Origin: Vicugna vicugna
Taxonomy: Eukaryota
NCBI GenBank assembly: GCA_013265495.1
Contig: MU058017.1
Coordinates: 62,001-126,000 of the forward strand
DNA length: 64,000 nucleotides
Reading direction: 5' to 3'
Position numbers and translations under genes: made by a program. How positions within the stretch are numbered: position 1 is the stretch's first letter; every line of letters begins with the position of its first letter. The notes beneath the pieces were generated by a model, which had not been told where the DNA came from, searched no databases, and was given only the letters and a program-made list of their open reading frames with translations. This document shows, piece after piece, positions 25,638 through 40,094 of the stretch.

Positions 25638-25914
25638 TTTTTTTTAAATTTATTTATTTTTTTAACATTTTTTATTGATTTATAATCATTTTACAATGTT
25701 GTGTCAAATTCCAGTGTTCAGCACAATTATTTAGTCATTCATGGACATATACACACTCATTGTCACATTTTTTTCTCTGTGAGTTATCATAACATTTTGT
25801 GTATATTTCCCTGTGCTATACAGTGTAATCTTGTTAATCTATTCTACAATTTTGAAATCCCAGTCTATCCCTTCCCACCCTCTACCCCCCGGTAACCACA
25901 AGTCTGTATTCTCT
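25638..25914 (-). mobile_element. Young L1 3'UTR (5'-truncated)
   Basis: Near-identical to ~52205-52452 (TTTATTGATTTATAATCATTTTACAATGTTGTGTCAAATTCCAGTGTTCAGCAC...GGTAACCACAAGTCTGTATTCTCT). Confidence 0.95.
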
Positions 25915-26514
25915 ATTTTAAAAAAGACCTTTGAATATAAGCAAAATTGTAAGAAATGTTAGTGAATTTGTTACAACTCTACTCCAAGATAAGCAGACGT
26001 TTTTGTACATCAGAATTTTTGATTTAAAGTGGCATCTAGCCAATAAGTCCTAACAGCCACTTCCAATCCTCTGTGAAAATTAAGAATGCAGACACCAAAA
26101 AGGGTAAATGATTCCAGCAACATAGTCACAATCTGGGCAGAATTTCCTCTAACTTTCAGACCAAAGGAACTGAAGACAAAATTACAATCTGTGAATTGTT
26201 TATGTAGTGGAACTGAAATAAAGCAAATCTATTCACCAAAAAGTAATTAAATAATCCTTTTAGCTCTCCCTGTAGTTCACTGATGTAGGGAGGGCACAAA
26301 AATCTTACCAGACAGAGTACTTGGCAGCCTCTGTCTCCTCTGAGATACTGTTTTTTTGTGACGGCCAAATGTGGGCTCTTTTTATACCTGCAGCCATCAG
26401 TATTTCTTGTTTTACATCTCATCTATTAAGATGCCACAATGTGCTGAGAAGTGGGAATGGACAAGCAGTACTGAGGTGCATTCCAGGTACTGGAGTTCTT
26501 ACAAGTAAAGCATC

Positions 26515-26715
26515 ACTGAAAATGTTCTTAGTGTATGTAGGACTTACCTGGAGAACTTGTTCAAAATGTAGGTTTCCAGGCCTTCCTCCTCCCTAAAGAT
26601 TGATATGCAGGGGGCCGGAATTAGGCCCAAGACTCTGCATTTTGATGTTGATTAGTTCATGACTACAGTTTGAAAATTAAACTTGTCATCTAAGCCCCAC
26701 TGAGAAAAGCCATTG
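26515..26715. mobile_element. hAT-Charlie MITE (MER5-like)
   Basis: ACCTGGAGAACTTGTTCAAAATGTAGGTTTCCAGGCC...GGCCCAAGACTCTGCATTTT. Confidence 0.7.
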
Positions 26716-27899
26716 TAACAATACAAACGTGGAACTATAGTTTTTTCTTCTTTTGATGTACTCCATTCACAGTCATGTATTACACAGGGGGAAAAAAGTG
26801 CCAAATGAGTCCAGCAAAACTGAAAGACACTGGAAATTGGACTGTGATTCATACTCATCTCCTGCCTTTGGCTGTAGATCTAAGAAGGGACCAATGTGTA
26901 AAACAAAATGTAGCAACAAAGGCAATTCACTTACCTGTTGGTCTGTTTGCAAACACTAGATCTGGATATAGTTTTCCTTGTTTAAGGACAGGTAAACAGA
27001 AAGATGATAACATGTGATTCAAGGGAAAACAACACAAGTGAAAGGACAAGTTTCCTCAATACTGAAGGGAAGAATATACCTCTGAAAACCACATACAACA
27101 GAAACAGAACAAAATTTATATAACATTGTTTTTGTCTCCTCTTTAAAATATAAGATCTTTTCTTTTAAGCAGATGCAGAAAGTCATAAGAAAAAAACCTG
27201 AGATACCTTGGCTAAACAAGACGAGATAAAAAAGGCAGAAGAAAGAGAAGGGAGAAAGAAAATTAAAAAAGGAAAGGAGAAGGAAAATTAAAAATACATT
27301 GAAAGCTGGAAGGAATAAAATTTATAAAAGGCAGAAGATAAATCGGTAGTTGAAGGAAAAACATAAAAATCTCTCCTGCAATATTTTCTGAACTCCAATC
27401 TACTTCAGTTGACCTATGTGTTACTGGATAAGTTTTGCAGCCCTGGAGGAAAGCTCACCCTCGCAGTACTCTGTCCTAGCTTTCCCTATGGATTCCTCTC
27501 TTTTGTCAAGTACAAGTACTGTGTCTATTACCAAAGAGTTTATCCCAAGGTTGAGCTGGAATCTCTTGTTATTTTTTGTAATAATAAAATACAATATTTC
27601 TGCTTTTTTTAATTTGGCACTTACAAAAAGTATCTAAACTATTTGCATGAGACATTTTGCCAAGAGACAATTTCCTCACCCATTTCCATAAAATAGAGCC
27701 ACATAGAGCAAAACCTTGCCAAGTATCTTGAATAAATATTTTTTGCATGGTCAAAAGTTATACTAAATTGCTTGAGTAGTTTTGCTTAATTAAAAAAGAC
27801 CAATAAGCCATTTCAGGACAAATATTAGTTGTCACCATATCCTGGCTCTGTTACCTTCTAAATAGGATCTATAAATGATCCTTTATTACCTGTTTAAAA

Positions 27900-28020
27900 T
27901 TTCATATATATTATACAAATTATACATATTTAAATTACTATGACATATTAGATACAATAATTATACAGATTTATATTTACATTATTATATATAATACATA
28001 CATGTATATATATATATATA
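27900..28020. repeat. AT-rich low complexity / (TA)n
   Basis: Directly visible. Confidence 0.8.
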
Positions 28021-28179
28021 CTTGTCTTAATGTTAAAAATGTCTAGAAATAAACTGCACAAACTCTAAGGAAATACATCTATATGTTAACAGCAATTGTC
28101 TGTTGTTGGTTAGGTTTTAGAATGACTTTATTTTCTTTTTTTATTTATTTTCCAAATATTCTAAATCCACAGAACTTAG

Positions 28180-31100
28180 AACTTCTTCTAGCCATGAGGA
28201 AATAACAAAAATTAAGTTTAACCTTCTGCTATAAACAATTGGGCAAAATATATGAAAAAACTGCTTTTATATATGGGAAGACAGGAAGTGGAGAATTGGT
28301 ATTCCTGAGAAAAGATGAAAAATTAAGGTGAGCTCTACATTTAAGCTGCCCCTCTGCCTGGAGCCAGTTACCAAAATACAGGGTGGGAGAATGCAGAGAA
28401 AGTTCAGTTGGCCTCACTGAGTTGAGGAGGTGAAGATCAAAACTGCGGAAGCTGAGGCAGCTGGAAATTTTAGGACAAAGTTTCTGAAAGTAGGAATAGA
28501 AAGAGGTCTGCACAGGGATCCCACTGAGTCTTACTGAGTACTAGGCCTGATACGCATTTAAGTAGTTCTGCTTCTGGCATAGACAAATACATTCTTACTA
28601 GGTTGATTTTACTGCAGATAATAACCATATACTCTGTACAAAATGCAAAAGAAATTACTTGAGAGAATTGGATAGTGCAAAACAGCAGGAAGATTCTGGA
28701 ACTTGGAAGAAGACAAATTCTTTATAAAGCAATTAGCTTGAGAGCACTCTATACTTGGCACCATGTGAAGTGGCTAAAATTCAATAGAAAACACACCATC
28801 TTTCAGGCCTGAAATGTCAGATTACAGCTGCTAGAAAGTGAGGGAGCATCCAGGAAGAGAACACTAGAGAGAGAGAGCCACAGACTGTATGCACACCCTT
28901 TGCTAAAATCTCTGGGCAACCCATAACTACAAATACATGGAGCCTACTTCTAAGACACTTAGCTAAGATCAAAAGAATTAAACTGAAAGTTAAGCTGTTA
29001 TCCAAAAGGTATAATTTGCAGTCTGAGTCTAACCAAAATAATTGCCTGCAAAAACAAACAAGCAAAAATAAACTGGTTTTGAACTAATACAGCAGAATCC
29101 AGAGTTTCCATAATATAATATCAACAATTCCAAGGATCTAATCCAAAATTACTCAACATATGAAATAACAGGAATATATGACTTATTCTCAAGGGAAAAG
29201 AACAGAAGAGACAGCCCCCAAGGTGAAATTATCAGACAAACACTGTAGAAAAGCTATTCTAACTCTGCTAAGAAAAGGGAAAAAATGATGTAATGAGTGA
29301 AAAACAGTTTAGCAAAGAAATGGAGGCTATGAAAAAGAATCAAAGGAAAATTCTAGAAATAAAGACATAAAATATCTGAAATTTAAAAATTCACTATATC
29401 AGTCGGTTTAACAGCAGAATGGAGATGAACAAGAAAAACATCAGTTAACATTAAAAGGAGTTGGGCAGTTGCTATCTGAACAAATTTAGTAAAGACATAA
29501 ATTTACAAATTCAAAAAAATCAGTAAAATCCAAATGGATAAATATAAAGAAAACCACACATAGGCACAGTTATAATAAACTGCCGCAAACTGAAGATAAA
29601 AGTAAAGTCCTGAAAGCAGTCAAGAGTATAATGACACACTATATAGGAGGATGGAACAAATGATTCAAACGACCATTAGCTTCTTATCAGAAAAGTAGAG
29701 GCGAGAAAACATCTTTCAAAAGCTTAAAAGAAAAAAATCAATCTAGAATTCTACATCTAGCAAATACATTCTTTAAAAGTAAAATACTTTGAGACAAAAA
29801 CTACAGAAAAGCCATCATCATCAGACCTGTATTATAAGAAATGTTAAAGGAATTTTATCAGGCAAGAGGGAAATAATACAAAATTGTAATTAAAACACAT
29901 GAGTGCCAGAAATTTCAAATAATTAAATAAATAAAAGATATTTTTTACAAAGACAATAAACTAAAGAAATCCAATGTATTGAACAAAGTAGTATAGCTAA
30001 TAAACCAATAGCAAAAATAAAATGGCATATTCAGTTTCAAATATTCAATTAATATGTAAAAAGTAAGAAAAGAGAAAAATAAAGAAAAAAAATAGTCCAT
30101 ACACTGTAGAGAATTGAAAAAAATACATATTATATTCCATGATCAAAATGGAACTAAATTAGAAATAACAGAAAACTATCAGGAAAATCTTCAAATATTT
30201 GGAAATTAAATATTATACTTCTAAGTATGCTATTAATTCAAGAAGAAATCACAAAGGAAATTAGAAAATACTTTGAACTGAGTGAAAATGAAAAAACCAT
30301 ATCAAAATCAGTTAGTTGCAATTAACTTTTTCAGGTTAATTTATTGCTTTAGTTGTTTTTATTATAAAACAAAAGGTCTAAAATCAATAATCTGCCTTAA
30401 GAATTTATAAAACTTATTCTTAAAAACAGCAAATTAAACTCAAAGGAAGCAGAAGAAAGAATAAAGTATAAAAATGAACGGAATGAAACTTTTTTAAATG
30501 AATACAGCCAAAACTTAATTTCTAAAACAAAAAATGAAATTCACAAATTCTAGTTTCAAGAAAAAAAGAGAAGATACAAATTACCAGTATTAGGATTGCA
30601 AGAAGGAACATCACTACATATACTACAGATACTAGGATAATAAAAGAATATTACATAAAATTCAATGTCAAAAAATTCAACCATTTGGATGAAATGGAAA
30701 AATTTCTTGATAGATACAAATGAACAAAACCAAGAAGAAACAACCAAATGAAAGAAATTAAATTTGTAATTCAAAATCTTCCCATGGAGAAAACTGGTAG
30801 GAAGACTATTATACCAGCAAATTCTGCCCATTATTTAAGGAAGACATAAAACCAATTCCACACAAACTCTTTCTGAAAGCAGAGAAGAAAGGAATGCTTA
30901 CCAACTCATTATCCAAACAAAGACATTATAAGAAGATAAAAACTACAGAGCATTATCTCTTATGACCATAGATTCAAAAGATTTTTTTAACATATTAGAA
31001 TATCATATATAGTAATGTATAAAAAGCATAACATAGCAGTAACAAGTAGCACTTAACCCAGGAAAGCAATATTGATTTCATTTTGGAAATTAATCAACAT

Positions 31101-31250
31101 AACTTACCACATTAACAGAATGAGAAAATCTTATAATCATTTCAATAGACACAGGCAAAAATCTGATAAATTCCATACCCACTCTTGGTAAAAACTCAGC
31201 AAACTAGAAATAAAAGAATACTTCTTTTTTTTGATAAGAACCTATACCAA
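28180..31250 (+). mobile_element. Degraded old L1 (L1M-type): 5'UTR, ORF1 and partial ORF2 with internal deletions
   Basis: ORF1 remnants (AAGACATAAATTTACAAATTCAA, TCAATCTAGAATTCTACATCTAGCAAA) and ORF2 remnants (AATATTTGGAAATTAAA, GATGAAATGGAAAAATTTCTTGA, CACAAACTCTTTCTGAAA, ATCATTTCAATAGACACAG). Confidence 0.85.
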
Positions 31251-31524
31251 CACTAGAGTCCCTTCTATATCCATGGAATACTATTTTCCAGGTCTAGATC
31301 TCCCTTCCATCTGTGACAGCTGAAGTTGAAAATACAAGAAATAAAAACATCATTTCCAGAGTAATCTATTACCTACAGGTGATAACAGTAAAAATGAACC
31401 AATACTAGATTATAATTCTTACTTTTATTCAGCAATTCCATCTGAAATTCCTTATTACCTCTCACCTGCTAGATTCTCTGACCCACTCTACCCAGAATTC
31501 AAGAATCCTGTGGCTTCTAGTAAC

Positions 31525-31790
31525 AAGATTCATAAGTTTGAGGATGTAATGTACAGCATGGTGATTATAGTTAACAATGCTGTATTACTTATTTGAAAGC
31601 TGCCAAAAGTAGATTTTTATTCTCACCACAAAACAAACCACAACTATATGAGGTGATGGAAGTGTTAACTTTTTTGTGGTAACCGTTTTGCAATATATAC
31701 ATATAAAATCACTACATTGTACATCTTTAACTTACACAATTATATCAACTATATATGTCAATTATATCTCGATATAGCTGAGAAAAAATA
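31525..31790 (+). mobile_element. L1 3' terminus (L1MA9-like)
   Basis: GGATGTAATGTACAGCATGGTGATTATAGTTAACAAT...TGTCAATTATATCTCGATATAGCTG. Confidence 0.88.
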
Positions 31791-31998
31791 GAATAAACTT
31801 TTAAAAAAATAATTTGGGCTTTATTTTCCTTTTCAGAAGTCTACTCCAGATACCAATTATTTATTACTCAAATCAACAGTCCTATGAATTAACCTCAGTG
31901 CCATCTACAAATTGTTCCTTGATTATCTGAATGTTGTCATGTTTGATATATATAGGGCTATGCTCTTGACTGGTATGCTCTCTTCCTTTTTCTATATA

Positions 31999-32214
31999 CA
32001 GGAGTTTGCAAACTTTTTCTGAAAAGTTCAGAAGGTAAATTTTAGGTTTTGCAAGCCCAAGGTTTTTGTTGTAAACACTTAACCCTGCTGTTTTACTGTG
32101 AAAGCAGTCATATACATGAGAAAATGGGTGTGGCTGTGTTCCAATTAAACTTTATTTACAAAAACAAGCTGTGGCCTGGATTTGGCTTAAGAGCTGTAGT
32201 TTCCTGACCGTGTG
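31999..32214 (+). mobile_element. MER58A-like hAT-Charlie MITE
   Basis: CAGGAGTTTGCAAACTTTTTCTG...TGGCTGTGTTCCAATTAAACTTTATTTACAAAAACA...GGATTTGGC. Confidence 0.9.
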
Positions 32215-34814
32215 CTCTAATATCTTTTCTTTCATTCAAAAGATTGCTTAAAACATATTTTACAGTTAGGAGTGGAAAGACCAAAGCATCTTGTTTATAA
32301 TTTTCTCTAATATTTGCAGTTACTCTAGACAAATTAATAAGAAATTTAAATGAAAGTATTTGGGGGAACTACTAAAAAACATTATCTGCAAATTTGCCTT
32401 CCTTCTGCTATTATAGTTAAACTACTCAGGCCTAAAACCCCAAATCTCTCATTTCTATGCACACAAAGGATGAACAAAAGTAGATCATAATCATGGTAAT
32501 CAAGGGGATATGAACATAAACATCTTAAAAACTATCCAATTAGTGCTTGTGATGGAAAAAAAAAATCTCAGCAAAGGGAAGGGCTTTAAACTTTTGCTTG
32601 CTCTGTTTTTGGAAGGATCAGGTAGTCTGTACATAGTCAAAGGAAGAATAGACATCCATGCAGTTTTAATACCTTTTCTTTGGTTCCTAAGACTGGATGG
32701 ATGGGCACAATAAAAATAATAAATAAAATCTAACAAACAGTATATGCCAGTATATGCATGGGGCTCTGTTTGGTACAGATACATACTTAGGCTACTTGGT
32801 TAGAAATGCAATAAAGAATTAATCCAAGAACAAATACCAGTATTAAGGCACATCACAAGTGCTTTTAATTAAGAGTTAGTTTTAAAATGTTAGCTAAATA
32901 ATTCCACAGCATTCCATTCTCCCTCATAATCCATTGACAAGCTTTCTTGATCTAGGTCCAGTATATCTCCGGCAATGAAATAAGTCATTCCAGTTACCAA
33001 AGTCATCGTATTATTACAGCTCCCTAGCTGCTACATTTAGCATCCGTAAGATCACACCTCTCTGTCCTGTTGGAGAACACTGGCTCACATATGCCTAAGA
33101 GAGTTCTGGTTCAGTTTGGCTTATTTTGAAGTCATGAGGATGGAACATTTCTCTTCCAGTTCATCTGTCCATGCAGTGTGGGTCATTACCATCTACTCTG
33201 ACCACATTTGTGTTGAGGCAGTAGGTGGGCCCTCACAAAGCAGCCTGGTGCTTCTCCTTCCCATATACCACTGTTGAGTCTAGGGTATCTTCAGCAAATG
33301 ACTTCCAAAAATGGAAGTTATAAGGAATATGAAGCATCAACACAGGCAGGCAGAAACCTGTGTTTTTAGTGCCTCTACTCCTCAACCTATTTCTCCTTTG
33401 GGTAACATTTAACTAGTACTTGGGATATATGCTTAAAATAAGTGGAGTTCACTGCTCTATTCTCAGTGCCTGGCACAAATATGTCTGTTTAATAAGTGAA
33501 TCTGTAAACTTAAAATGATAAATTAGAAATTCTTTACAAGATTTTGCATTCCATTTCTTAATTGTACTCTATTTTACATCTATTACAGCAAGATTGCTTT
33601 GAAACATTGAAGCTGAACTTTCTATATTTCCTTCTTTTTTTGTCAGTCAACACTTTTTATCCTCCACTAATAGAAAAAGAAAGGCCCAAAAGGGAGAATA
33701 TACTTGCCATTTGAATCTTCAGCCTCTTCTAACTCATTTTTTTAATTAATGAAAAGTCCCTTCTCTTTTCTTTACAAAACCTAGGAAATCAAGGGGAATT
33801 TCTCCTAGCTTATTAAACAGAATACTTCCAGACTTGCCTGTATCACTTGTGAGTATATTTTCCTCTGTCAGTCCACCTCAGTTTGAGCACAGACATGGTG
33901 TGCCTGGAGGAAAAACATAGTTTAAGGAGTCATTTTAATCCCAGATTCCCTGTGAATTTACTGTTTTTCATATTTAAAATTAGCATCTGGAGTAGTTACA
34001 CTTCCACAAGCCGTATGTCAACTGCCCTAATGATTCAGGTAAAAGGAGAGTCCTCCTCCTCCAGGCACTAGTCCTGATGAGTATCAACAACAGTCTCACA
34101 GAGTACTACTGGGGCAGCGGTGGTGGGTATTTAACTTTTGTTACTGGACCCCCTTAAATGTGAACCACATATGCCATGGCTTGTCCAGACTACTCTACAC
34201 CACCACGCCAAGTTTGGCTTTTAGTTCCTTTTCTTCTGGGTGGTGCAGTCCTTAAAAGTAGCTGTTGCATCCTCACTTCAGTTGGAAGAGAACACTGCTC
34301 AAAGGGGTGAATACAGAGTCCAGGGGAAATCATTCTTTACATCTTTGCATACTGTAAATACTCTCCGTGCAAGGAGGAAAAAAGTAAATGTATAAAAGAA
34401 AAGGAAAAAATGTGAATGAACTAATCAATGTGGTTCATGGGTGCCCACTGTGTGCCCTGCACTATGCACACAGGACGTGTAAATGGATGAATAAATTATA
34501 TACGTATGTGTATGTATGCAACGGAAGTTTAAAACATAGTCACTCTTCCACTTGCTTGTAAATCTGGTGGAGAGGCTAAATTTACCCACCTGAAATAGCA
34601 AAAGTATAATTAACTCTGATACTACTAAGTATAACAGGTGTCCAAAATGAGGCCTAGATCGTGTTATGTAGTTACACAGAGGCTTCTTTGATTTTCCTAC
34701 CAGTGACATTTAAAAGCAATCTTTATTGACAACATAAGCAATTACAAAGAAATCATCTTACTTATTCTTACTGCCAGAGCTGAACTCTTCTCAGTAAAGC
34801 TAAAGCTAAAGCCA

Positions 34815-35029
34815 TTGCCCAGACTCTGGAGTTGAGTCGCCTGGGCTCATGTTTTGACTTTGTTAGCTATGTGGCCTTGTTAGATATGCTTGACCTTTCT
34901 GTACCCCAGTTTCTGTATTTGCAAAATGAGGTATTTCTTGAATGTTCCTCCGAAGATTACAGTGAGAATCAAATAAATTCATATTATTTTTAGTGTTTCC
35001 TGGTAAGTACCATATAAGTATTTACTATT
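34815..35029 (+). mobile_element. MIR SINE
   Basis: GACTCTGGAG...CCTGGGCTCA...CCCCAGTTTCTGTATTTGCAAAATGAGG. Confidence 0.8.
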
Positions 35030-35114
35030 TATTTTTTATTGTAGTACAGTGACTTACAATGTCAATTTCTGGTGTACAGCATAATATCCCAGTCATGCAT
35101 ATACATATATTCAG
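35030..35114 (-). mobile_element. ~85-bp L1 3' terminus with 13-bp TSD
   Basis: TACAATGTCAATTTCTGGTGTACAGCATAAT is the reverse complement of the L1 end near 3880-3920; TSD AGTATTTACTATT (35017-35029) / AGTATTCACTATT (35115-35127). Confidence 0.85.
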
Positions 35115-35884
35115 AGTATTCACTATTATTTCTAGTACAGCGTTTGGTGGTAAGCATTATTTAAGTATTTGCTATCAGTTCTGGTTTCTACCACTACATG
35201 GCTGGACCTTTCCTAAGACATCAATATAATTTGTGATTAACAGAACAGCAAAGTACCTTGCAATTAGAAATCCACGATTGCTGAATGAAAGAATCCAAGG
35301 CAAGCAGGGTGCAGACAGTTTGAGTGTGCCCAGAGGCGGTGGAATATATAATGTGAAAACATTGACCTGATCCTCCCACATCTTTGAGTAAGGAAATGCT
35401 TATCTTAAACAGTTCAGAAGACTTCACATCCACTCAGCACACTATTTTTACAGCTGGCTGCTTTTCCATCTAAAGCCCCCACTAGCCACAGGAGGCCTAT
35501 ATGTGTCACTGCTTCTTTCTCCCTGAAGGTGTCATGAGGATGAATTTACTCAATATTCTAAAACTGTCAGAGATAACTGTCAGTGCAGCACTGCTGGAAT
35601 GCAGTAGGAAATTAGACATGATAACCATGTGTTCTTAAACCACTCAGCCATTAGTTTCATTTTTCTTCACAGGGAAATTTTGTATTCCCTTTTCTCCTAA
35701 TGAAAAGTCAGGAAGTTCACACCTCCATATGCAGCTGAAAGAGGAGTGTCCAGTTAGACTTGGAATAGAAGGTAATAGTCTCAGGCCATACCATATTTTT
35801 CATTTCTATAATGTTTTGCAAAGTCTTTTTTTCCAAAAGTCATTTTAACATATATTACTTTTTCCAAAGGTCATTTTAACATAC

Positions 35885-36050
35885 GCTGTTTCCACAGTAT
35901 CTTTACAAAGTAGAGAAACAGTTGTCATCTTCACTTTTGATAAGGAAACTGTGGCTTAAAGACATGAAATATTTTATCCAGTCACTTTTTCATGCCAAAA
36001 ATGGTATTAATTCCAGTTCACCTGACTCTCAATCTCATTCTTTTTCTAAT
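35885..36050 (-). mobile_element. MIR SINE
   Basis: GATAAGGAAACTGTGGCTTAAAGAC...CCTGACTCTCAATCTCATTCTTTTTC. Confidence 0.65.
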
Positions 36051-36504
36051 CTTTATGACTGAAAACTTGAATTTCCACAACTGCTGATAACACTGCAAAA
36101 AATAGAGGTTTAAATTGCTTAGAGAAAAGGTCTTCACCTGACTCTCATTGATTTATATGTTACTTAGCTACATTTGTAGCAAAAGGGAATGAAAAATAAT
36201 AATTTACTCTTTCTCCTAAGTCCTTTTGGCCCTGTCCTATAAGGGAGAATCCCAAGGTTTGATCAATGAACACACAAGTTCAGATTGTATTATCTGTCCC
36301 CATGAACTTCCTTTTCATTACTTTTTGGATCCTAATTAGTCCCACATGACGGATAGACAAGTGTCTAGTCCCTGCCCTACCCCTGCTCCCCGTCTTCCAG
36401 AGAAGGAAAAAAAAAAACCATAATCAAGGTACAAAGAGGAGCCATTATGAAGAGCTTTTCTGAACAGGAAGAAAGTGCTTATACTCAAATGCATTGTAAT
36501 TAAT

Positions 36505-36845
36505 TTGTTCATACATTCAACAAAATATTTACAAGATCTTATGATGGGCTAAGCTTTTGATCAGGTGCTAGGAAAATAGATTTTAAAGATAATAATAAAA
36601 TAAAATGAAGTAAAATAAAAGAAACTGATCTCAAAGATCTTGTGTCCAGTAGGAGATCTCAATTGTAATGCTGTATTATAATGCTATATGCTGACTGCTC
36701 AGAGATGTCCAAGGAAGATGCCCTGGGGAGTGAAATAACATACAAAGACCTAGATCATGTAGCGACACTAAATATTTGAGAAAGAGGAAACATCTATTTC
36801 CACTGCAATGCCACCGAAGTTGTCCAGGAACAAGGTAAACAATGA
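36505..36845 (-). mobile_element. L2 fragment
   Basis: CATTCAACAAAATATTTAC...AGGTGCTAGG...TCCAAGGAAGATGCCCTGGGGAGTGA. Confidence 0.65.
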
Positions 36846-39769
36846 GGGCTGGGAAGGGTTGGTGCTCTCCTTCCCCCACCCAAAGATGTTTTCGTGTAGA
36901 TACAATCAGAGTCAGGGCAGTTTTCAAGGGAAAGAAGTATACAATAGGCCCTTGGAGGTCAGTGGATGGCTGGGAGTGGGCTGCAGCCATCTTCCACCTT
37001 GGTGTTCTGGGGAGGAGGGCCTGGGGCAAGTCTATGCCCACTTGACTATACCCACTTCCTTCTGACCCAAAAATATTTCCAGGTTCATCGGAGAGGTTTG
37101 GTAGAAATTAGTCACCCTGAATGATAAGAAATATATACAAATAAAACACAAGAGAGATGAGGCCCTGGTTAAGGGCAGCAGAGAGGAAGACAGATACAAA
37201 CAAAGGAAGAGGGGGCAGTGTGTTGTTCTTGTCTGTTATTTTCTCTTGAGCAGAAATTTTAAGCCATTTAGGAAGCAAGAGTAAATTTTAGAAACTCACT
37301 ATAGCTAAACAAGATTTACGTATTATACTATTGATAGGATTTCATCTTTCTTTTGCTCTATTGTTTTTTCTTTTTATTATTTAATTTTGGCACATTCTGA
37401 CATCCTCTCTGAAGAGGACTTTTCACAGAAATAACAAAGGAAAATATGTCAAATAAATACCTCTTAATCTAACAGTATAATTCAGTTCTGATATGCCCAT
37501 TGACAATAAAGAAGCAAATAAGCAAATAAATTAGTAAATCAATAAATGGCTTCAGGAGTTTTAAAATAATAATTATAAACAGGACACTGTGACCAAACTG
37601 TGATCTGGAGTAGACAAGTTCAGGACTGAAGAGAGAAGAATAATAAATGGTAAAGGAACAAGTCTGTTAGAGCTAAAGTGTTTGTAAAAGGAAAATTCCA
37701 AGTATATCTCAGTCTCAGCGTCGGGGGTGAGGGCTGTTCAAAAGCCTAGGGGAAGAGCCAATTGAGATCATGTCCGAGGCTGAGGCCAAAGGGAAGTTAA
37801 TATGAGAGAAATCCAAGAGGTATATCTTTCTGAGAAATAGTCTTTAAAATATCTGGGAAATAGGTTGAGAATTGGAGGTGAAAGCACTCAGTTATCTGTG
37901 TTAGTTGAATTTTTAATGTTGAGTAATTTTATGGATCAAGGCAATCAAATATTTTTTAACATGATAAATCTGCAATGACTGATCAGAGGCCTCTAGTGTA
38001 GGATGATTATGCTAAGATGAAGTCTAGAAGCCTAGGGTAAGAGACTGGGCTGCTAGTGGTGAGCATTCCATTTTCCCAGTCTTGTTCTAACCCACTGGGT
38101 TTTTCCTACGGGTGAAGGGCTATCCACTCTATTTGGACAGACCATCATTTTGACTGATGTGCCTCTGCTACCATGATTGTTAAGTATTATAAATAACACC
38201 CTCAGAATCCTCTCCATACCAGCAATGTGGCCTAATAACAAGAAAAGAGTCCTAGTCAAGTAGTATGTTTGCTCCCAGCTGAATATTGCAAGAGTAATCC
38301 TGCTGTTGTAATATTCTTTTTCTAATCAGTAGGACCAACTTGCAAGCAGGATCTTTGGGGGAACTGTTTATACTAAAATAAATAACTATATAAGACAATA
38401 TATTATATGGTAACTGTCAAGGAGACTAGCCTTGAGGAAACTAGGATTGTCCTTTGGCATGAAGGAATCCCTTTGGAAAACTAACCCTCCTGATCCACTC
38501 ACATGAGTATTCTTGCCCTACACCTGGGGAGGAGATATGCAGAAGCCTTGGTCTCCCGGAACATTTTTGAGTTTAATAATACTGAAGATATCTGTAATCC
38601 AACCAAGAAGCAAATCTCCACATCCTTTTGGACTCTTGCCAGCCTCTTCTGCTTTTCTCAGGGATCAGTCAGCTTTCAGACCCTGCCACTGTCATGCACA
38701 GAACCCTTGCTTCATGCCCTGCAAACTTTGGAACTCTCTAACTTTCATGACCTGTTGTGTAATGTGTAAGGAATGGCAGCCAGATAGATCATTAAGCATA
38801 GTATTAAACATGCAAAGTGACAGTCATTCCACTTGGGAGCTAAGCAGCAGGGATAAGATCAAAACAGTAGATGTGCTCTGGAGGAAATTCTCCATCCAGA
38901 GCAGAGACCAACGGCTCCATGCAGCAGCTTGCTGAAATCTGTATCTTTCAGGAATCCAGCTCTCAGCAGGCAGAGGAAATAGAATTATAGAAGGAAGTTG
39001 AGGACAGAAGCATAGAAAAGGCTATTCTATATTCAATGAAGGGTTTTTTTGGAACATATTTTAGTATTTCCCCTTATTTAGTATTGAGACAAGTCAATGA
39101 ACCTCATAGAGTATGATAAGCATTTATTCTGATTCAGAAGAAAACTATCATGGACGAGTCTGACATTCAGGTGTTCCTTAGACACGTCTCACCTCATGGA
39201 GTTTCCATTTTTTCTGTTTGTTTTTCACTTAGGAATAACTTCCCAAGCATCAGCCTTCTCAGACATCTGGTCCCAGATATCAAAAACAACAACAACAACA
39301 AAAAACCAAAACAACAAAACAAGCTCAGACAGCAGCAAGTTCTTACAATAGGACAGGTATTTGCTTGGTTTCACTTCCAGAGCAGCCTGCATATGACAAC
39401 ACAGCTTTGATTTTCCTTCACATTCTTTTATCTTACACATGTCAATAAACTGAAAATAAAATATCCACAAGCTCAAATTTCAAAAACAGGAACAGAAAAA
39501 TTAACAGCAAACACATAAATATATGATATAATGGCATACAGCATAAGTGCTGCAAAGAACAATAAAATGGAAGAAGAAACTACAATGCAAATATTCTCAG
39601 ATGTGCTGTTAGAGAAAGCCTCCTTGGTCTGGGGGTATGGGAGGAATAAGTTGAACAACTATATAATCAAATAAGGGATCAGAGCACAGAGCATGATTTC
39701 TATTTTACACAGAGTATGATTTGTAGAAGATAGGACAAATTTAGAAATTACAGAAACTTAAAAAATATA

Positions 39770-40068
39770 GATGAGTGAAGGTGGTCAAAAGGTACCAACT
39801 TCCAACTATAAGATAAATAAGTTCTGAGATTATACAGTACAGCATGGTGACTATAGTTAACAATAACCTATTTTTGAAAGTTGCTAAGAAAGTAGGTCTT
39901 AAAAGTTCTCATCACAAGAAAAAAATATAACTATGTGAAGAGATGAATGTTAATAAAATTTATTACGGCAATCATTTTGCAAATATACATACTTCAAATC
40001 ATTCTGTTGTACACTTAAAACTAATCATTGTTATACGTTAACTACATCTCAATAAAACTGGAGAAATA
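39770..40068 (+). mobile_element. L1 3' terminus (L1MA9-like)
   Basis: GGTGGTCAAAAGGTACCAACTTCC...CAGCATGGTGACTATAGTTAACAATA...ACATCTCAATAAAACTGG. Confidence 0.9.
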
Positions 40069-40094
40069 CATAAAGATGTCTAATATTGTCTGCA

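Noticed and set aside
34560..34620. Strong - strand acceptor (tacttttgctatttcag|GTG)
   Set aside because: No good matching donor or recognisable coding frame downstream.
35826..35884. Two ~25-bp direct repeats (TTTTTCCAAA(A/G)GTCATTTTAACATA); similar small duplications near 22006-22027 and 61083-61110
   Set aside because: Ordinary local tandem duplications, only two copies each.
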